Numbered from the stretch's first letter, positions 10,012 to 20,920 are shown. The stretch is 62,290 nucleotides of DNA from an uncultured delta proteobacterium (GCA_903870415.1 CAIQDA010000094.1:1-62290); one strand, 5' to 3'. The notes: generated by a model from the letters alone, not told the origin. Translations and numbers: made by a program.

Positions 10012-10356
10012 ATGAGCGATCTTCCTCACTGCCCGAGTTGCCGGTCCACGCTGACCTACGAAGACGGGGCGCTGCTCGTGTGCCCGGAATGCGCGCACGA
10101 GTGGTCGCCCGGCGTGGCGGAAACGGCAGTCCTCGCAGGCACCCTCGTCGTGCGCGATGCGAACGGAAACGTGCTCGCCGATGGCGACTCGGTGGTCCTC
10201 GTGAAGGACTTGAAGGTGAAGGGCGCGACGAGCTCCCTCAAGGTCGGCACCAAGGTGAAGGGCATCCGGTTGGTCGAGGGCGACCACAACATCGACTGCC
10301 GAATCGACGGGTTCGGCGCGATGCAGTTGAAGTCCGAATTCGTGAAGAAATCCTGA
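10012..10356 (+). CDS. phnA: PhnA/YjdM zinc-ribbon protein
   Basis: Near-colinear with E. coli PhnA as recalled: [10 protein letters not shown]...CPEC...KDLKVKG...[28 protein letters not shown]. Confidence 0.9.
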   Translation: MSDLPHCPSCRSTLTYEDGALLVCPECAHEWSPGVAETAVLAGTLVVRDANGNVLADGDSVVLVKDLKVKGATSSLKVGTKVKGIRLVEGDHNIDCRIDGFGAMQLKSEFVKKS

Positions 10357-10380
10357 TCGTCTGTCGATGGGCGCGCGTCG

Positions 10381-10932
10381 TTACTTCGGCTCGCAAAGCG
10401 GCCCGAGGGCCTCGAGCACCTGAGCGAGGCGCAGGATGCCTGGCGGCGCCGGAACACACCCGGGGTCTGTGCATGCAGTCTGCACGGTGATTTGATGGAG
10501 GCCCGCGTCGGCCGGTTGAAAGTAACCGTCCCAGTCCATGGTGCCGACGAGGACTTGGAACCACGGCCCGGTGCGCGACGCGTCGCTGAACACCGAACTG
10601 GTCGCGAGCAACGCGCTCCGCACTTGCGCGTCCGCGAGCGCCTCGTTGATCACCTGCACGCTCACCGCTCCGCAAACCGGGAGCGTTGCGGTGCAGGAAT
10701 ACGTCTCGTTGAGTCCCTTGTTGTACGCGCGCTGCACCACCGACGCGCACGGCGTGACGCGCTGGTAACGGTAAGCTCCGCCCACGACGAGGTGAGCGCT
10801 CACGCACGCGGATTCGTTGCACACCGCGGCGTCGCCTTGGCCAAGGGGCGGGCCTGACGGAGCGGCCGTGCACGCGAGCACGGCGACGAGCGGGCAGACA
10901 CAGACGAGGAAAAGACACGAGGCGTTCTTCAC
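10381..10932 (-). CDS. Cys-containing lipoprotein (hypothetical)
   Basis: GTG start. Signal peptide with lipobox (LVAVLAC). 183 aa. Confidence 0.55.
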   Translation of the reverse strand: MKNASCLFLVCVCPLVAVLACTAAPSGPPLGQGDAAVCNESACVSAHLVVGGAYRYQRVTPCASVVQRAYNKGLNETYSCTATLPVCGAVSVQVINEALADAQVRSALLATSSVFSDASRTGPWFQVLVGTMDWDGYFQPADAGLHQITVQTACTDPGCVPAPPGILRLAQVLEALGPLCEPK

Positions 10933-11035
10933 ACAACGAAGCTGCCACCGCCCGCGCTTCGTACAACCGTAGGCGACCGCGCAATGGTGCGCTTTCCCGC
11001 CTCGCTTTGACGCGGCATTTCAGCCGCCCGAGAGC

Positions 11036-12844
11036 TCACCGCGACGAGGTCACCCGCAACACTTCGTCGATGGTCGTCTCGCCGGCGGCTGCCTTGGCTG
11101 CACCGCATTCGCGCAAGAGTCGAAGCCCTTCGCCTCGCGCGATTCGTTCAAGGACGCTCGCAGGCTCCGCACGCTCAAGAGCCTCGCGCACCGCGACGCT
11201 CATCGTGAGCATCTCGACGACGCTGCTGCGGCCCTGGTAGCCCGTCTGGCGGCATCGCTCACAGCCTTTGCCGTGACGAAACCCTGGACCTGCGCTCAGT
11301 TTGAGCAACGCGAGTTTGTCGGCGGGAGGAGCCTCCACCTCGGTGCAGTATGCACACAACCCGCGCACGAGCCTCTGCGCGAGCACGCCCAAAAGACAGC
11401 CGGACAGGAGGAATCGCTCCACGCCCAAGTCCAAGAGGCGCGTCACGGCCTCGGCCGCCGAGTTCGTGTGCACCGTTGCAAAGACCAGGTGACCGGTGAG
11501 CGCTGCTTGCACGGCGGCAACCGCGGTCTCGCGATCGCGAATTTCACCGACCATGATGACGTCTGGATCTTGCCGGAGCACGTGTCGCAAAGCCTCGGCA
11601 AAATCCAGGTCAATCTTCGGTTGAACCTGAATCTGATTGAACGCTTCGTGCACAACCTCGATGGGGTCTTCGATGGTCGTGACGTTCACCCCAGGCTGCG
11701 CAATGGCCCGGAGCGCAGCGTACAGCGTGGTCGTCTTGCCGCTGCCCGTGGGCCCTGTCACGAGCACAAGGCCGTGGGGCTCGGCGATCCACTTTTCCAT
11801 CGTGCGAAGATCGCGATCGGGAAACCCGAGCTCGCCCAAGGTCTGCACCGCGACCTCCGGGTCGAACACCCGAAGGACGACCTTTTCGCCGAACGCCGTG
11901 GGCACCGTCGACACGCGCAGTTCGACCTCACTGCCGCCGCGCTTGGTCTTGATGCGGCCGTCCTGTGGCTTGCGTTTTTCCGCAATATCCATGCGCGCGA
12001 GCATCTTCAAACGCGAGGTCATGGGCACCGACGCCGCGCGCGGAATCGTGTGCACCGGGTGCAATACGCCGTCTATACGAAGTCTTACGAGAGCTCCGTC
12101 GCGCTTCGGCTCCAAATGGATGTCGCTCGCGCGCTGATCGAACGCGTAGCGAAGAAGGTAATCGACCGCCGCAACGACGGGACGCTCGTCCGCCTGAACC
12201 TCACGCGCGTTCGACGACAGCGCAACGAGTTGCTCGAAGTTCGCGAGAACGTTCGCCTCACCTGCCGCCGTCGCCGCCGCCACACTCTTCGAAAAACCGA
12301 ACGTGTGCTCGAGGGCTCGCAACAGAGGTCGCCGCGCCGCAAGCACGGAAATCACGGGCGATCCGACGATGCGCTGAAGCTCTGCGAGCAAGTCTTGATC
12401 GAACGGATTGGCGAAGGCCACCACGAGCGATGCGGCCCGCCACTCAAGGGGCAGGACGGCGTGGCGCATGGCGAAGGGCGCCGATAGAAACTTCGTCACG
12501 AGCTGCGCGTCGAGCTTCAGCGGGTCGATGCGTCGATGCTCGATTCCGAAACGCGGAGCCACCGCCTCCACGATCGCCTCGTCGTCAACCACGCGCCCCG
12601 CATGACCTGGCCACGGAAGCTCCGCTGCCGCCACGATGTCGATGGGTCCGGCGACCACGGTGGTACGGCTCGCATCCGAGAGTATTCGCAGGACTTTCGC
12701 ACGAAGCGCGCTCTCCCGCACAACCACGTCTTGGGCCCGCGCCGCGTCCACGAGACCCGCCGCCATGAGCTCGGTCAGAAGCGTCGGCAGGTCGAAGGCG
12801 CGAGGTGCAGACTGCACAGATACGCGATTGCCGTCGGGGACCAT
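11036..12844 (-). CDS. GspE/PilB-family secretion ATPase with N-terminal T2SSE_N-like domain
   Basis: Walker [18 protein letters not shown], Asp/His boxes, and a CxxC...CxxC Zn motif (CAYC...CERC). I prefer the start at MVPDGN (12844), which has GGAGG upstream. The ORF track extends to 12910. Confidence 0.85.
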   Translation of the reverse strand: MVPDGNRVSVQSAPRAFDLPTLLTELMAAGLVDAARAQDVVVRESALRAKVLRILSDASRTTVVAGPIDIVAAAELPWPGHAGRVVDDEAIVEAVAPRFGIEHRRIDPLKLDAQLVTKFLSAPFAMRHAVLPLEWRAASLVVAFANPFDQDLLAELQRIVGSPVISVLAARRPLLRALEHTFGFSKSVAAATAAGEANVLANFEQLVALSSNAREVQADERPVVAAVDYLLRYAFDQRASDIHLEPKRDGALVRLRIDGVLHPVHTIPRAASVPMTSRLKMLARMDIAEKRKPQDGRIKTKRGGSEVELRVSTVPTAFGEKVVLRVFDPEVAVQTLGELGFPDRDLRTMEKWIAEPHGLVLVTGPTGSGKTTTLYAALRAIAQPGVNVTTIEDPIEVVHEAFNQIQVQPKIDLDFAEALRHVLRQDPDVIMVGEIRDRETAVAAVQAALTGHLVFATVHTNSAAEAVTRLLDLGVERFLLSGCLLGVLAQRLVRGLCAYCTEVEAPPADKLALLKLSAGPGFRHGKGCERCRQTGYQGRSSVVEMLTMSVAVREALERAEPASVLERIARGEGLRLLRECGAAKAAAGETTIDEVLRVTSSR

Positions 12845-13050
12845 GCGCGGGATCTTACCTCCGTTTCGCGACGTCTCGTGGCGGCGCATCGACCCGCAAC
12901 GGCAATCCATCCGTGCTCTTCGGCGAAAAGGTGTTACGGGCCTGCCCTAGCTCCGTCGGGTCTGCTGCGGTTTTTCGTACCTCCAGGCCTCGCTCCTCCC
13001 GCCGACGACGGCCGCGCCACGTACGGCGCTCGGCGGGTACGCACAGAAGA

Positions 13051-14400
<1,350 letters not shown>

Positions 14401-14411
14401 GGCAAAACTCC

Positions 14412-14954
14412 ATGGCCCCGCGCGCAACGGTCTACAAGGCCCAACTCCAAATCGCGGACATGGATCGGCACTACTACGCCGATCATCCGCTCACGATCGC
14501 GTGCCATCCGTCCGAGACCGAAGAGCGGCTCATGATCCGCGTGCTCGCGTTCGCGCTCAACGCGAGCGAACACCTGACGTTCGGAAAGGGGCTCTCGGAC
14601 GACGACGAGCCCGACCTGTGGGCCAAAGACCTCACGGGAATCATCGAGCTCTGGATCGAACTCGGTCAGCCCGAAGAGAAGGCCATTCTGCGTGCATGTG
14701 GACGATCCGCAAAGGTCATCGTCTACGCGCACGTGGCGAACGCTGCGGCGTGGTGGGCCGGCGTCGAGGGGAAACTTTCGCGAGCGAAAAACCTTGCAGT
14801 CTACGCGATCGCCCCCGAATCGAAGGCCGCACTCGGTGCCCTCGCGGCACGGTCGATGGACCTGCAGTGCACGGTCCAAGACGGCGACGTATGGATCCGC
14901 ACTTCGACGGAATCGGTGCAGGTTGCCTTGATCACGCTGCGCGCACCGAACTAA
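14412..14954 (+). CDS. yaeQ: YaeQ-family protein (PD-(D/E)XK-like fold)
   Basis: Colinear with E. coli YaeQ as recalled: ATVYKAQLQIADMDR...HPSETEERLMIRVLAF...DDDEPDLW...IELWIELG. Confidence 0.9.
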   Translation: MAPRATVYKAQLQIADMDRHYYADHPLTIACHPSETEERLMIRVLAFALNASEHLTFGKGLSDDDEPDLWAKDLTGIIELWIELGQPEEKAILRACGRSAKVIVYAHVANAAAWWAGVEGKLSRAKNLAVYAIAPESKAALGALAARSMDLQCTVQDGDVWIRTSTESVQVALITLRAPN

Positions 14955-15005
14955 CGCCGACCTGTCTCGTGCTGCGGCCCCACCGTTGGGCTGGGCTTCC
15001 AAAAG

Positions 15006-15046
15006 GAAAAACCCCGTGTCGCTCGCTGAGCCACCGGGGTTTTTTC
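15006..15046. terminator. Bidirectional intrinsic terminator between convergent yaeQ and GT2 genes
   Basis: GAAAAACCCCG - 17-nt loop - CGGGGTTTTTTC. The arms extend into the A-run and T-run, so a U-tract is available on both strands. Confidence 0.7.
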
Positions 15047-15063
15047 TTGTCGTTCAGGCTCGC

Positions 15064-16551
15064 TCAGCGCGTGAGCCAGCGTCCGTCTTTGAGCGTCATG
15101 AACGAGTAGGGGAAGATCCACTGGAGGCCGATGAACGCCCAGAACGCGTAGCCGACGCCGTAGATGAAGTCCGTGCCGCGCTCGGAGCGGAGCGCATACA
15201 GCGACTGGATAAGGGCTCCAACACCGAGGGTCACAGCAGCGCGTGCGAGGTCGACGGGTTGCGCCACGAAGTGCCGGGCCATGAGAGCGAACGCGAAGTA
15301 CGAGGCGGGGTACTGGATGAGTTCGAGGAGAATCTCGAAGGTCGGCCACCAGCGGTCTTGCTTGCGCCACGAGGTGCCGAGGATCGGAAGCATCACGAAA
15401 CCCTCGCGGATGTTGCCGCGCTCCCAGCGAAGCATCATGCGCGTGATGCGCTTGAAGTCCGTTGGCATGATGGTGCGAACAACTGCGTTCGCTTGGTACA
15501 CCGCGCGGTAGCCGCAGCGGAGAAGCCACGTGTTGAGCGCGCGGTCCTCACCGATGGTGCACGCCTCGCCGAGGAAGGTCTGCGTCGACCAGCTCTCGAG
15601 CACTTGGCGGATACCTGTCGTGCGGTAGGCCGAGAGAGCGCCCGGCGTGCACAGCACTGCGCCGAAGCGCGACTGGGCTGCACGAAGGAGGTCGAAGGTG
15701 ACGAAGAAGCGGGCCGAGAGCAGGCGCGTGAAGAGGTTCTCGTAACGATTGAGCACGAGGACTTTGCCTGCGACCGCGTGAATACGCTCGTCGAGAAGCA
15801 TTGGCGCCACGATGTTGCGGAGCGCGTCGGACTCAAGCTGCGAATCGCTGTCGACGGTGACGACAAAGTCGCCGGTGGCGCGCTCAAAACCCGTGCGAAG
15901 GGCCTCACGCTTGCCGCCGTTCTTGGCTTGCTTGATGGCGATGACGCGACCTGGGAAGGCGCGGGCAACGGCCTGAATGTGCTCCCACGTATCGTCGGTC
16001 GAACCGTCGTCGATCGCGAGGATTTCGAGGCGGTCGGCTGGGTAGCGGTTTTCAATGGCGCTCAAAAGCGACACGCGCACCATGGCACCCTCGTTGTACG
16101 CCGGGACGACCACCGTGAGCTTCGGAAGCTGCGCGTCGGACGGAGCCTGCACCGGGCGGTATCGCACGGCGAAGTACAGCGAGAGGACGAAGTACGCCAT
16201 CGCGCCGAGTCCCGAGAGCTGCCACACGAGCGCCGTCGGCGAGCTGAAGTCGAACCGTGGCGACTCGACGAAAAGCGGGTTTCGGTTGCGCGCGAAGGCG
16301 ACCGCGACCGCGGCCAGCAGGCAGAGCACGATGCTCCCCTTCGCAAAGAAGTCGAACCAGCGATTGCGTCGAGACTCGGAGGACGTGCCCGGGATGGCGA
16401 CGTGAATCACCGAGCGAAGGGCGGCCGTCTTCAGGGGAAGCGGCGTAACGCCCCTGTAGGGAAGGGGCTCTTCCATACGCAGGGCAGGGGTGCCGGAATC
16501 CACAAGGGACCCGGGGGTGTAACAAACCGAGGAAAAGGTGACCTCAGACAT
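15064..16551 (-). CDS. Processive membrane GT2 synthase of the hyaluronan-synthase / NodC / chitin-synthase type
   Basis: TVVVPAYNEG, AIDDGSTD, TVDSDS (DxD), GEDRALN, and a QxxRW-type motif MMLRWERGNIRE. TM segments flank the catalytic domain. 495 aa. Confidence 0.8.
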   Translation of the reverse strand: MSEVTFSSVCYTPGSLVDSGTPALRMEEPLPYRGVTPLPLKTAALRSVIHVAIPGTSSESRRNRWFDFFAKGSIVLCLLAAVAVAFARNRNPLFVESPRFDFSSPTALVWQLSGLGAMAYFVLSLYFAVRYRPVQAPSDAQLPKLTVVVPAYNEGAMVRVSLLSAIENRYPADRLEILAIDDGSTDDTWEHIQAVARAFPGRVIAIKQAKNGGKREALRTGFERATGDFVVTVDSDSQLESDALRNIVAPMLLDERIHAVAGKVLVLNRYENLFTRLLSARFFVTFDLLRAAQSRFGAVLCTPGALSAYRTTGIRQVLESWSTQTFLGEACTIGEDRALNTWLLRCGYRAVYQANAVVRTIMPTDFKRITRMMLRWERGNIREGFVMLPILGTSWRKQDRWWPTFEILLELIQYPASYFAFALMARHFVAQPVDLARAAVTLGVGALIQSLYALRSERGTDFIYGVGYAFWAFIGLQWIFPYSFMTLKDGRWLTR

Positions 16552-16642
16552 GGCGGCAGGGGTGAGACGCCAAGACGATGGCGGCTATTCAACGGCGTCG
16601 CCGATTTGCACAACTCCAGGCGAAGAACAACTTCGGCGGGCT

Positions 16643-16662
16643 CTTTCGGCACCTTTCGGCAC
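16643..16662. repeat. Perfect 2 x 10-bp tandem direct repeat CTTTCGGCAC
   Basis: Read directly in the 135-nt gap between the PIG-L stop and the GT2 start. Confidence 0.9.
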
Positions 16663-16686
16663 GCTCGCCCGCGCGGATGGCTGAAC

Positions 16687-18003
16687 CTACGGAACGCCTG
16701 CGCAGCTCGGGTCTTCGGAAATCACCGGCGGCGAAGCGAACGAGACCAGCCGACGCCCAAACGGACCGGCGTCGTCCGACAGGTCCAGGGTCGCAGCGCC
16801 GCGACCTTCAGGCACCCAAAAAACCCTGGTGACGCCCAGGCGAACGCCCTCGAAGCGACGCGTGAGCCGCTCGACCGGTGAGAAGTGGTGCAGCAAGATT
16901 TCGGACCCCGCGTCGCCCTTGTCCCGAAGGCAAAGTCGGTCGAATTCCCCCGCGGCATCGATGCGCAACCCCACGCCAGGGCGAAGCGAAACGGAGGTCG
17001 CCGCCGGCCACGCACGACGACCACGTCCGCGCGCGTCGATAGGAGGCTCGCTCGAAACGCGCGAATCGAAACAGCGGCGAGGTGCAGCGTCCGTGCAGTG
17101 AAAGGGGCTGCGGAAAAAAACCTCGTCGGAGCGAACGAAGGACTGAAGCCAGCTCGTTTCAGGCGCAGGCCCAAGCTGGGACGCATACGCGCCAAGGAGG
17201 CGGCTCATCAAACCGGGCGGCGAGTCGCTCCATTGGACACGCAGGTCGGGCACGTACCCCGCGAGCGCGCCCGGAAGCGGTGGCGTGGGGGCCATGGGCT
17301 GTCGTTCGCCCCGTGGACTTCCCGCGCGTGCGGGAGAGGGCCAGTCGTCACCGGAGTGGACCACGGAGAGGAGAACCTCGGGCTCCGCAATCGAGGCTTT
17401 TTCCAAGGCTCGGTACACGTAGCGGCCCGTAGCGGCGTGGTCCGGATGATCGTCCGAAAGGTGCGCGGTCACGATGCGACGCGGCCGGTAGCGGTCGAAA
17501 AGCCAGGCAAGGTCGGTGACCAGCGCATCGAGCTGATACGGGCTTTCATGACCCATACGCTGCATAGCCACCGTCTGCGTCGCGTCTTCCGCCATCGCGT
17601 AAGTGCCCGTGGCCTCCACGCACACCCCCGCGGCGTCGAGGCGCTTCGTGGGGGCGAGAGGCACGCGTCCGAGGCGATCAAGCGCGCCGTCTGGATAGCC
17701 GAGAAAGTGCACGCGTTGATGCTCAACACCCGCCATCGCAAGGGCATGAAGCGACTCGCGCTCGCGCACAAAGCCGCTTGTTCGACAGCCCCCATCGCCG
17801 TTCGTGAGGACCGCCACCACCACCGACTCGCCTCGAGCTCGCGCCTGCGCGATGAGAGCGCCGGCCATGATGACCTCGTCGTCCGGGTGCGTCGCGACGA
17901 CGAGAAGATCAACGCCCTCGAAAGCCGGCGAATGCGCGTGGCACGAGCCGACACTCGCGGCGGCCACGAGTCCGCAGAGGGCAATGGCTAGTTGTTTGGA
18001 CAC
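16687..18003 (-). CDS. PIG-L/LmbE-family (CAZy CE14-type) N-acetylglucosaminyl deacetylase, lipoprotein, with about 180-aa C-terminal domain of unknown function
   Basis: VVATHPDDEVIMAG and SDDHPDHAATG metal/catalytic motifs. I prefer GTG at 18003, which gives VSKQLAIALCGLVAAASVGSC (signal peptide plus Cys). The ORF track extends to 18147. Confidence 0.75.
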   Translation of the reverse strand: MSKQLAIALCGLVAAASVGSCHAHSPAFEGVDLLVVATHPDDEVIMAGALIAQARARGESVVVAVLTNGDGGCRTSGFVRERESLHALAMAGVEHQRVHFLGYPDGALDRLGRVPLAPTKRLDAAGVCVEATGTYAMAEDATQTVAMQRMGHESPYQLDALVTDLAWLFDRYRPRRIVTAHLSDDHPDHAATGRYVYRALEKASIAEPEVLLSVVHSGDDWPSPARAGSPRGERQPMAPTPPLPGALAGYVPDLRVQWSDSPPGLMSRLLGAYASQLGPAPETSWLQSFVRSDEVFFRSPFHCTDAAPRRCFDSRVSSEPPIDARGRGRRAWPAATSVSLRPGVGLRIDAAGEFDRLCLRDKGDAGSEILLHHFSPVERLTRRFEGVRLGVTRVFWVPEGRGAATLDLSDDAGPFGRRLVSFASPPVISEDPSCAGVP

Positions 18004-18431
18004 TCGCTCGCGCAGCTCGCGGTGATGCAATCGCCAAGGCCCTGCGTCGCCGCTTTGCACGTGTCGGTTGCGCCGGTGAGGCAGCCAAATGCGCACGTCG
18101 TGTCGGAGCTCGCGCAAGCGCAAATGCAGGAATACATGGCTTGGCACGCGCCGCCGTACTTGCTCGGGTCCGTGCCAAACGTCGCCTGGAGCTGGGTCTT
18201 GCAGTGCGCCACTTCACAGGCGACACACGCTTGCGGATCGGGCGTTCCCGCCGACGCGCCCGCGCACACAACCTGCGAGCCGCCGATGTCGGTCGTTCCA
18301 CCTGCCGCAGCGCCGCCGTCAGCCGTTCCGCCATCGGACGTGGTGCCGGACGCGGTGCCGGACGTGGTGCCGGAGCTCGAAGCACAAGCGGCGGTGAAAG
18401 CGGCGAGGAGGAGAACCGAAAACATGCGCAT
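17988..18431 (-). CDS. Cys-rich secreted lipoprotein (147 aa)
   Basis: MRMFSVLLLAAFTAAC lipobox, a Gly/Thr/Ser linker, then a domain with about 14 Cys (CVACEVAHC...CICAC...). Its 3' end overlaps the PIG-L start by 16 nt. Confidence 0.6.
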   Translation of the reverse strand: MRMFSVLLLAAFTAACASSSGTTSGTASGTTSDGGTADGGAAAGGTTDIGGSQVVCAGASAGTPDPQACVACEVAHCKTQLQATFGTDPSKYGGACQAMYSCICACASSDTTCAFGCLTGATDTCKAATQGLGDCITASCASECPNN

Positions 18432-18463
18432 CAAACGCACGGTACCCCGCCCCGCCCGCCTCT

Positions 18464-19669
18464 TCAATCGCGCCACATCCCGACGGAGCCGCCGACGAAG
18501 CGGAAGCCCTTGTTGAAGTCGACGCCGAGCATTTTTCCACGCGAAAGCCTGACGAGGCAAAGAAGCGGCGCGGGCATGCCGCCCGGCTCGTCGCGAAGAA
18601 GCATGACCCGCACTTCGGCCTTCACCGTGCCACCGTCGGGTGCCTCGAAGGCATTCGCGTAGGTGATCTTTTCTTGCAGAATCCATCCACTTCGCTCGCC
18701 CACGGGAATCGCGTCGATGTCCGCTTGCGTGGGGTCGAGGATGACGCCCGCGCCCGCGAACGAGAAGAGCGGCTTCAGAACGTAGTCCCCCAGATTCCCT
18801 GGAATTTCCGAGACTTCATGAAGAAACGTCGCCTTGGGAACGGCGCGGTGGTTCACGTACGGAAGCGCGTACTTGGACCAGATCCAGTACCAGTTCGGGT
18901 GCGACGCCCACTCCACGTCGAGGTCGTCACCCCAAGCGAAGGGAGCGTTCAGGCCCTTCTTTTCGAGCTCGTCGAAGACCACCCGGTTGTAGATGCGCCT
19001 TACACGGACCCGCTCGCCGCTCGCATCGCGGCGGTAGAGGTTGCGCCCCTCGCGCTCGAGCTTGGTGATGCAGCACGACTCGACGCCGAAGAAGAGCCGC
19101 GTGGTCACGAAATCCGGGACGGTCTTCTGCTCCTCGGGCTCCACGTCGACGAGCACGACTTCGCGTGGATCATGGTCGCCCACGATCACGCGTCGCATTT
19201 GCTCAACAGCCTCGGCGCGCGTCTTTCCGTTGAACGGCGTCCACGGTCCTTCGAGCTCGGGAAACGCGTTGAGCTCGTCGGTCCACGCGCCGGCCATGAG
19301 CGTCATCATCGCGTAGAGCGACGGAAACGCCTGAAGCTCGACCACCCTGCCCTCGAATGTTCCGTCGGCATTCTCGACGACCGCGAAATCGACTTGGGCA
19401 CAGTCCGGCAGCGCGGGCTCACCGCGCACGTTGAAACGCTCGGGAACCGCTCCGCGCAGCTTCTCGAGGAGCGCCGGATCCGCGAGCTGTTCGACGATGG
19501 CGCTCGCGCTCGTGAACAAGAACTCGCGAAGCTCCTTCGAGATGAAAAACGGAGTCTCCGCGAGCTGGAACGGAATCGGCCCGACCTGATTCTCGAGACG
19601 CGTGCGGTACGAGGCGAAGAGTTCTTCGCTCCAGCGGGCATTGAAGAGAGCGCGTTCAGGCCGATTCAT
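18464..19669 (-). CDS. ATP-grasp-superfamily-like amidoligase (circularly permuted / glutathionylspermidine-synthetase-like); function unknown
   Basis: GAGGA before ATG 19669. QVDFAVVENADG...VVELQAFPS, RIYNRVVFDEL and YVLKPLFSFAGAGVIL blocks resemble CP-ATP-grasp proteins as recalled. Not verified. Confidence 0.45.
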   Translation of the reverse strand: MNRPERALFNARWSEELFASYRTRLENQVGPIPFQLAETPFFISKELREFLFTSASAIVEQLADPALLEKLRGAVPERFNVRGEPALPDCAQVDFAVVENADGTFEGRVVELQAFPSLYAMMTLMAGAWTDELNAFPELEGPWTPFNGKTRAEAVEQMRRVIVGDHDPREVVLVDVEPEEQKTVPDFVTTRLFFGVESCCITKLEREGRNLYRRDASGERVRVRRIYNRVVFDELEKKGLNAPFAWGDDLDVEWASHPNWYWIWSKYALPYVNHRAVPKATFLHEVSEIPGNLGDYVLKPLFSFAGAGVILDPTQADIDAIPVGERSGWILQEKITYANAFEAPDGGTVKAEVRVMLLRDEPGGMPAPLLCLVRLSRGKMLGVDFNKGFRFVGGSVGMWRD

Positions 19670-19700
19670 GGGTTCCTCGTGGACTCGCGGAAAGCGCGCA

Positions 19701-20903
19701 TCAGTGGTTTGGCTTGGCCGGCGCGGGAAGGACCGCGCTGATTTCGCCAGCGAATTTCCGCACAACAGCGTCACGCCGTACGCACATCTCTTCGTGGGTG
19801 TCGGCGACGACGACGAGACCCGCGTGGTAGTTTTCTTTCACTTCGTACGCGATGCCTTCGACGCCGAGTTTCTTGTAATCTACAGATTCCGTACGCGAGA
19901 GCGTGTTGATGAGCGCGCCCTGTTTGCGGAAGCCTGTCGGCGCGGTCCACGATTCGCCGCGCAGATGCGCGACCTCGAGTTCGGCCCAACCGGCCCACGG
20001 ATTGATGCCGCGAGTGCACTCGATGAGCTCCGCGATGTGCACGCCGCCGACCCTGGCGCCGGCCTCAAGAAAGTGAAACTCGCCCGACGCGCTCTTGATG
20101 TACTCGGCGTGGCACGAGCCGCGCTTCAGGCCGAGCGTCGGAATGAGCTTCTCGTTGAGCGCGAGCAGCGCGGTCTCATCGGCCGAACCCTCCGGCAACG
20201 TGAACGACGTGTAGATGCCGCCGCCGTGGGCCACCGTGAAGGGAGGCGTGCCGCACTGATGCGCCGCTGCGAACACGATGCGACCGTCGTCGACGAGGCT
20301 GTCCACGTGAAACACGTCGCCAGGCAGGAAACGCTCGAGCAGAAAGAACGAACGCTTGTCGCCTTGGCCGCGAAGAATGTCCCAAAGCTGCTGCTGGTTG
20401 TGAACCTTCGTGATGCCGACGGCGGACGCTTCCGAGCGTGGCTTGTGCATCCAGGGAGCGGGAACGCGCTCGCAAAACCGTGCGACCTCGTCGTCATGAA
20501 AAAGGCCCGTGAAATCCGGAACGGGAAGCCCCGCATCGCGCGCCGTGGTGCGCATGGCGAGCTTGTCGCGGAAGTTGCGGGCCGTCGAATCGCCCATGCC
20601 CGGCATGCGCAAGTGCTCGCGGATCATCGCTGCGGTTTCGACGTCGAAATCGTCAAGGGCCGCCACCGCATCGAAGGGCACGCTGCGCGACAAGTAGCTG
20701 ACCGTGTTGATCCAGTCTTCGCGCTTCGGTGCGTCGTGAAGGGCGAACACGTCCTGAAGCGAACCGCGCGGCCAAGGCTGCCGCAGCAGTTTTGCGAGCG
20801 TGAGCAGATACACTTTCGCGCCCTTCGCGGCCGCTTCGATCATGAAACGGTCGCCCTTGAAGTAGGACGCAATGCAGAGAATCGTCGGGGCTTCGTTTGC
20901 CAT
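19701..20903 (-). CDS. ATP-grasp carboxylate-amine ligase
   Basis: 400 aa. Pre-ATP-grasp N-terminus, KPRSEASAVGITKV, LLERFLPGDVFHVD, and FLEAGARVGG (E-x-x-x-R-x-G-G). Confidence 0.75.
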   Translation of the reverse strand: MANEAPTILCIASYFKGDRFMIEAAAKGAKVYLLTLAKLLRQPWPRGSLQDVFALHDAPKREDWINTVSYLSRSVPFDAVAALDDFDVETAAMIREHLRMPGMGDSTARNFRDKLAMRTTARDAGLPVPDFTGLFHDDEVARFCERVPAPWMHKPRSEASAVGITKVHNQQQLWDILRGQGDKRSFFLLERFLPGDVFHVDSLVDDGRIVFAAAHQCGTPPFTVAHGGGIYTSFTLPEGSADETALLALNEKLIPTLGLKRGSCHAEYIKSASGEFHFLEAGARVGGVHIAELIECTRGINPWAGWAELEVAHLRGESWTAPTGFRKQGALINTLSRTESVDYKKLGVEGIAYEVKENYHAGLVVVADTHEEMCVRRDAVVRKFAGEISAVLPAPAKPNH

Positions 20904-20920
20904 GGCTTGCCTTGTTGCTC

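Noticed and set aside
16643-16662. Possible CRISPR or mini-satellite array
   Set aside because: There are only two 10-bp units with no spacers. No cas genes or further repeats occur anywhere in the window.
18431-20920. Graspetide (omega-ester RiPP) locus: ATP-grasp ligases with a precursor peptide
   Set aside because: The gaps flanking the two ATP-grasp genes are only 17-32 nt, which leaves no room for a precursor ORF. The nearby 147-aa Cys-rich lipoprotein has a signal peptide and lacks Thr/Ser-x-Asp/Glu core repeats.
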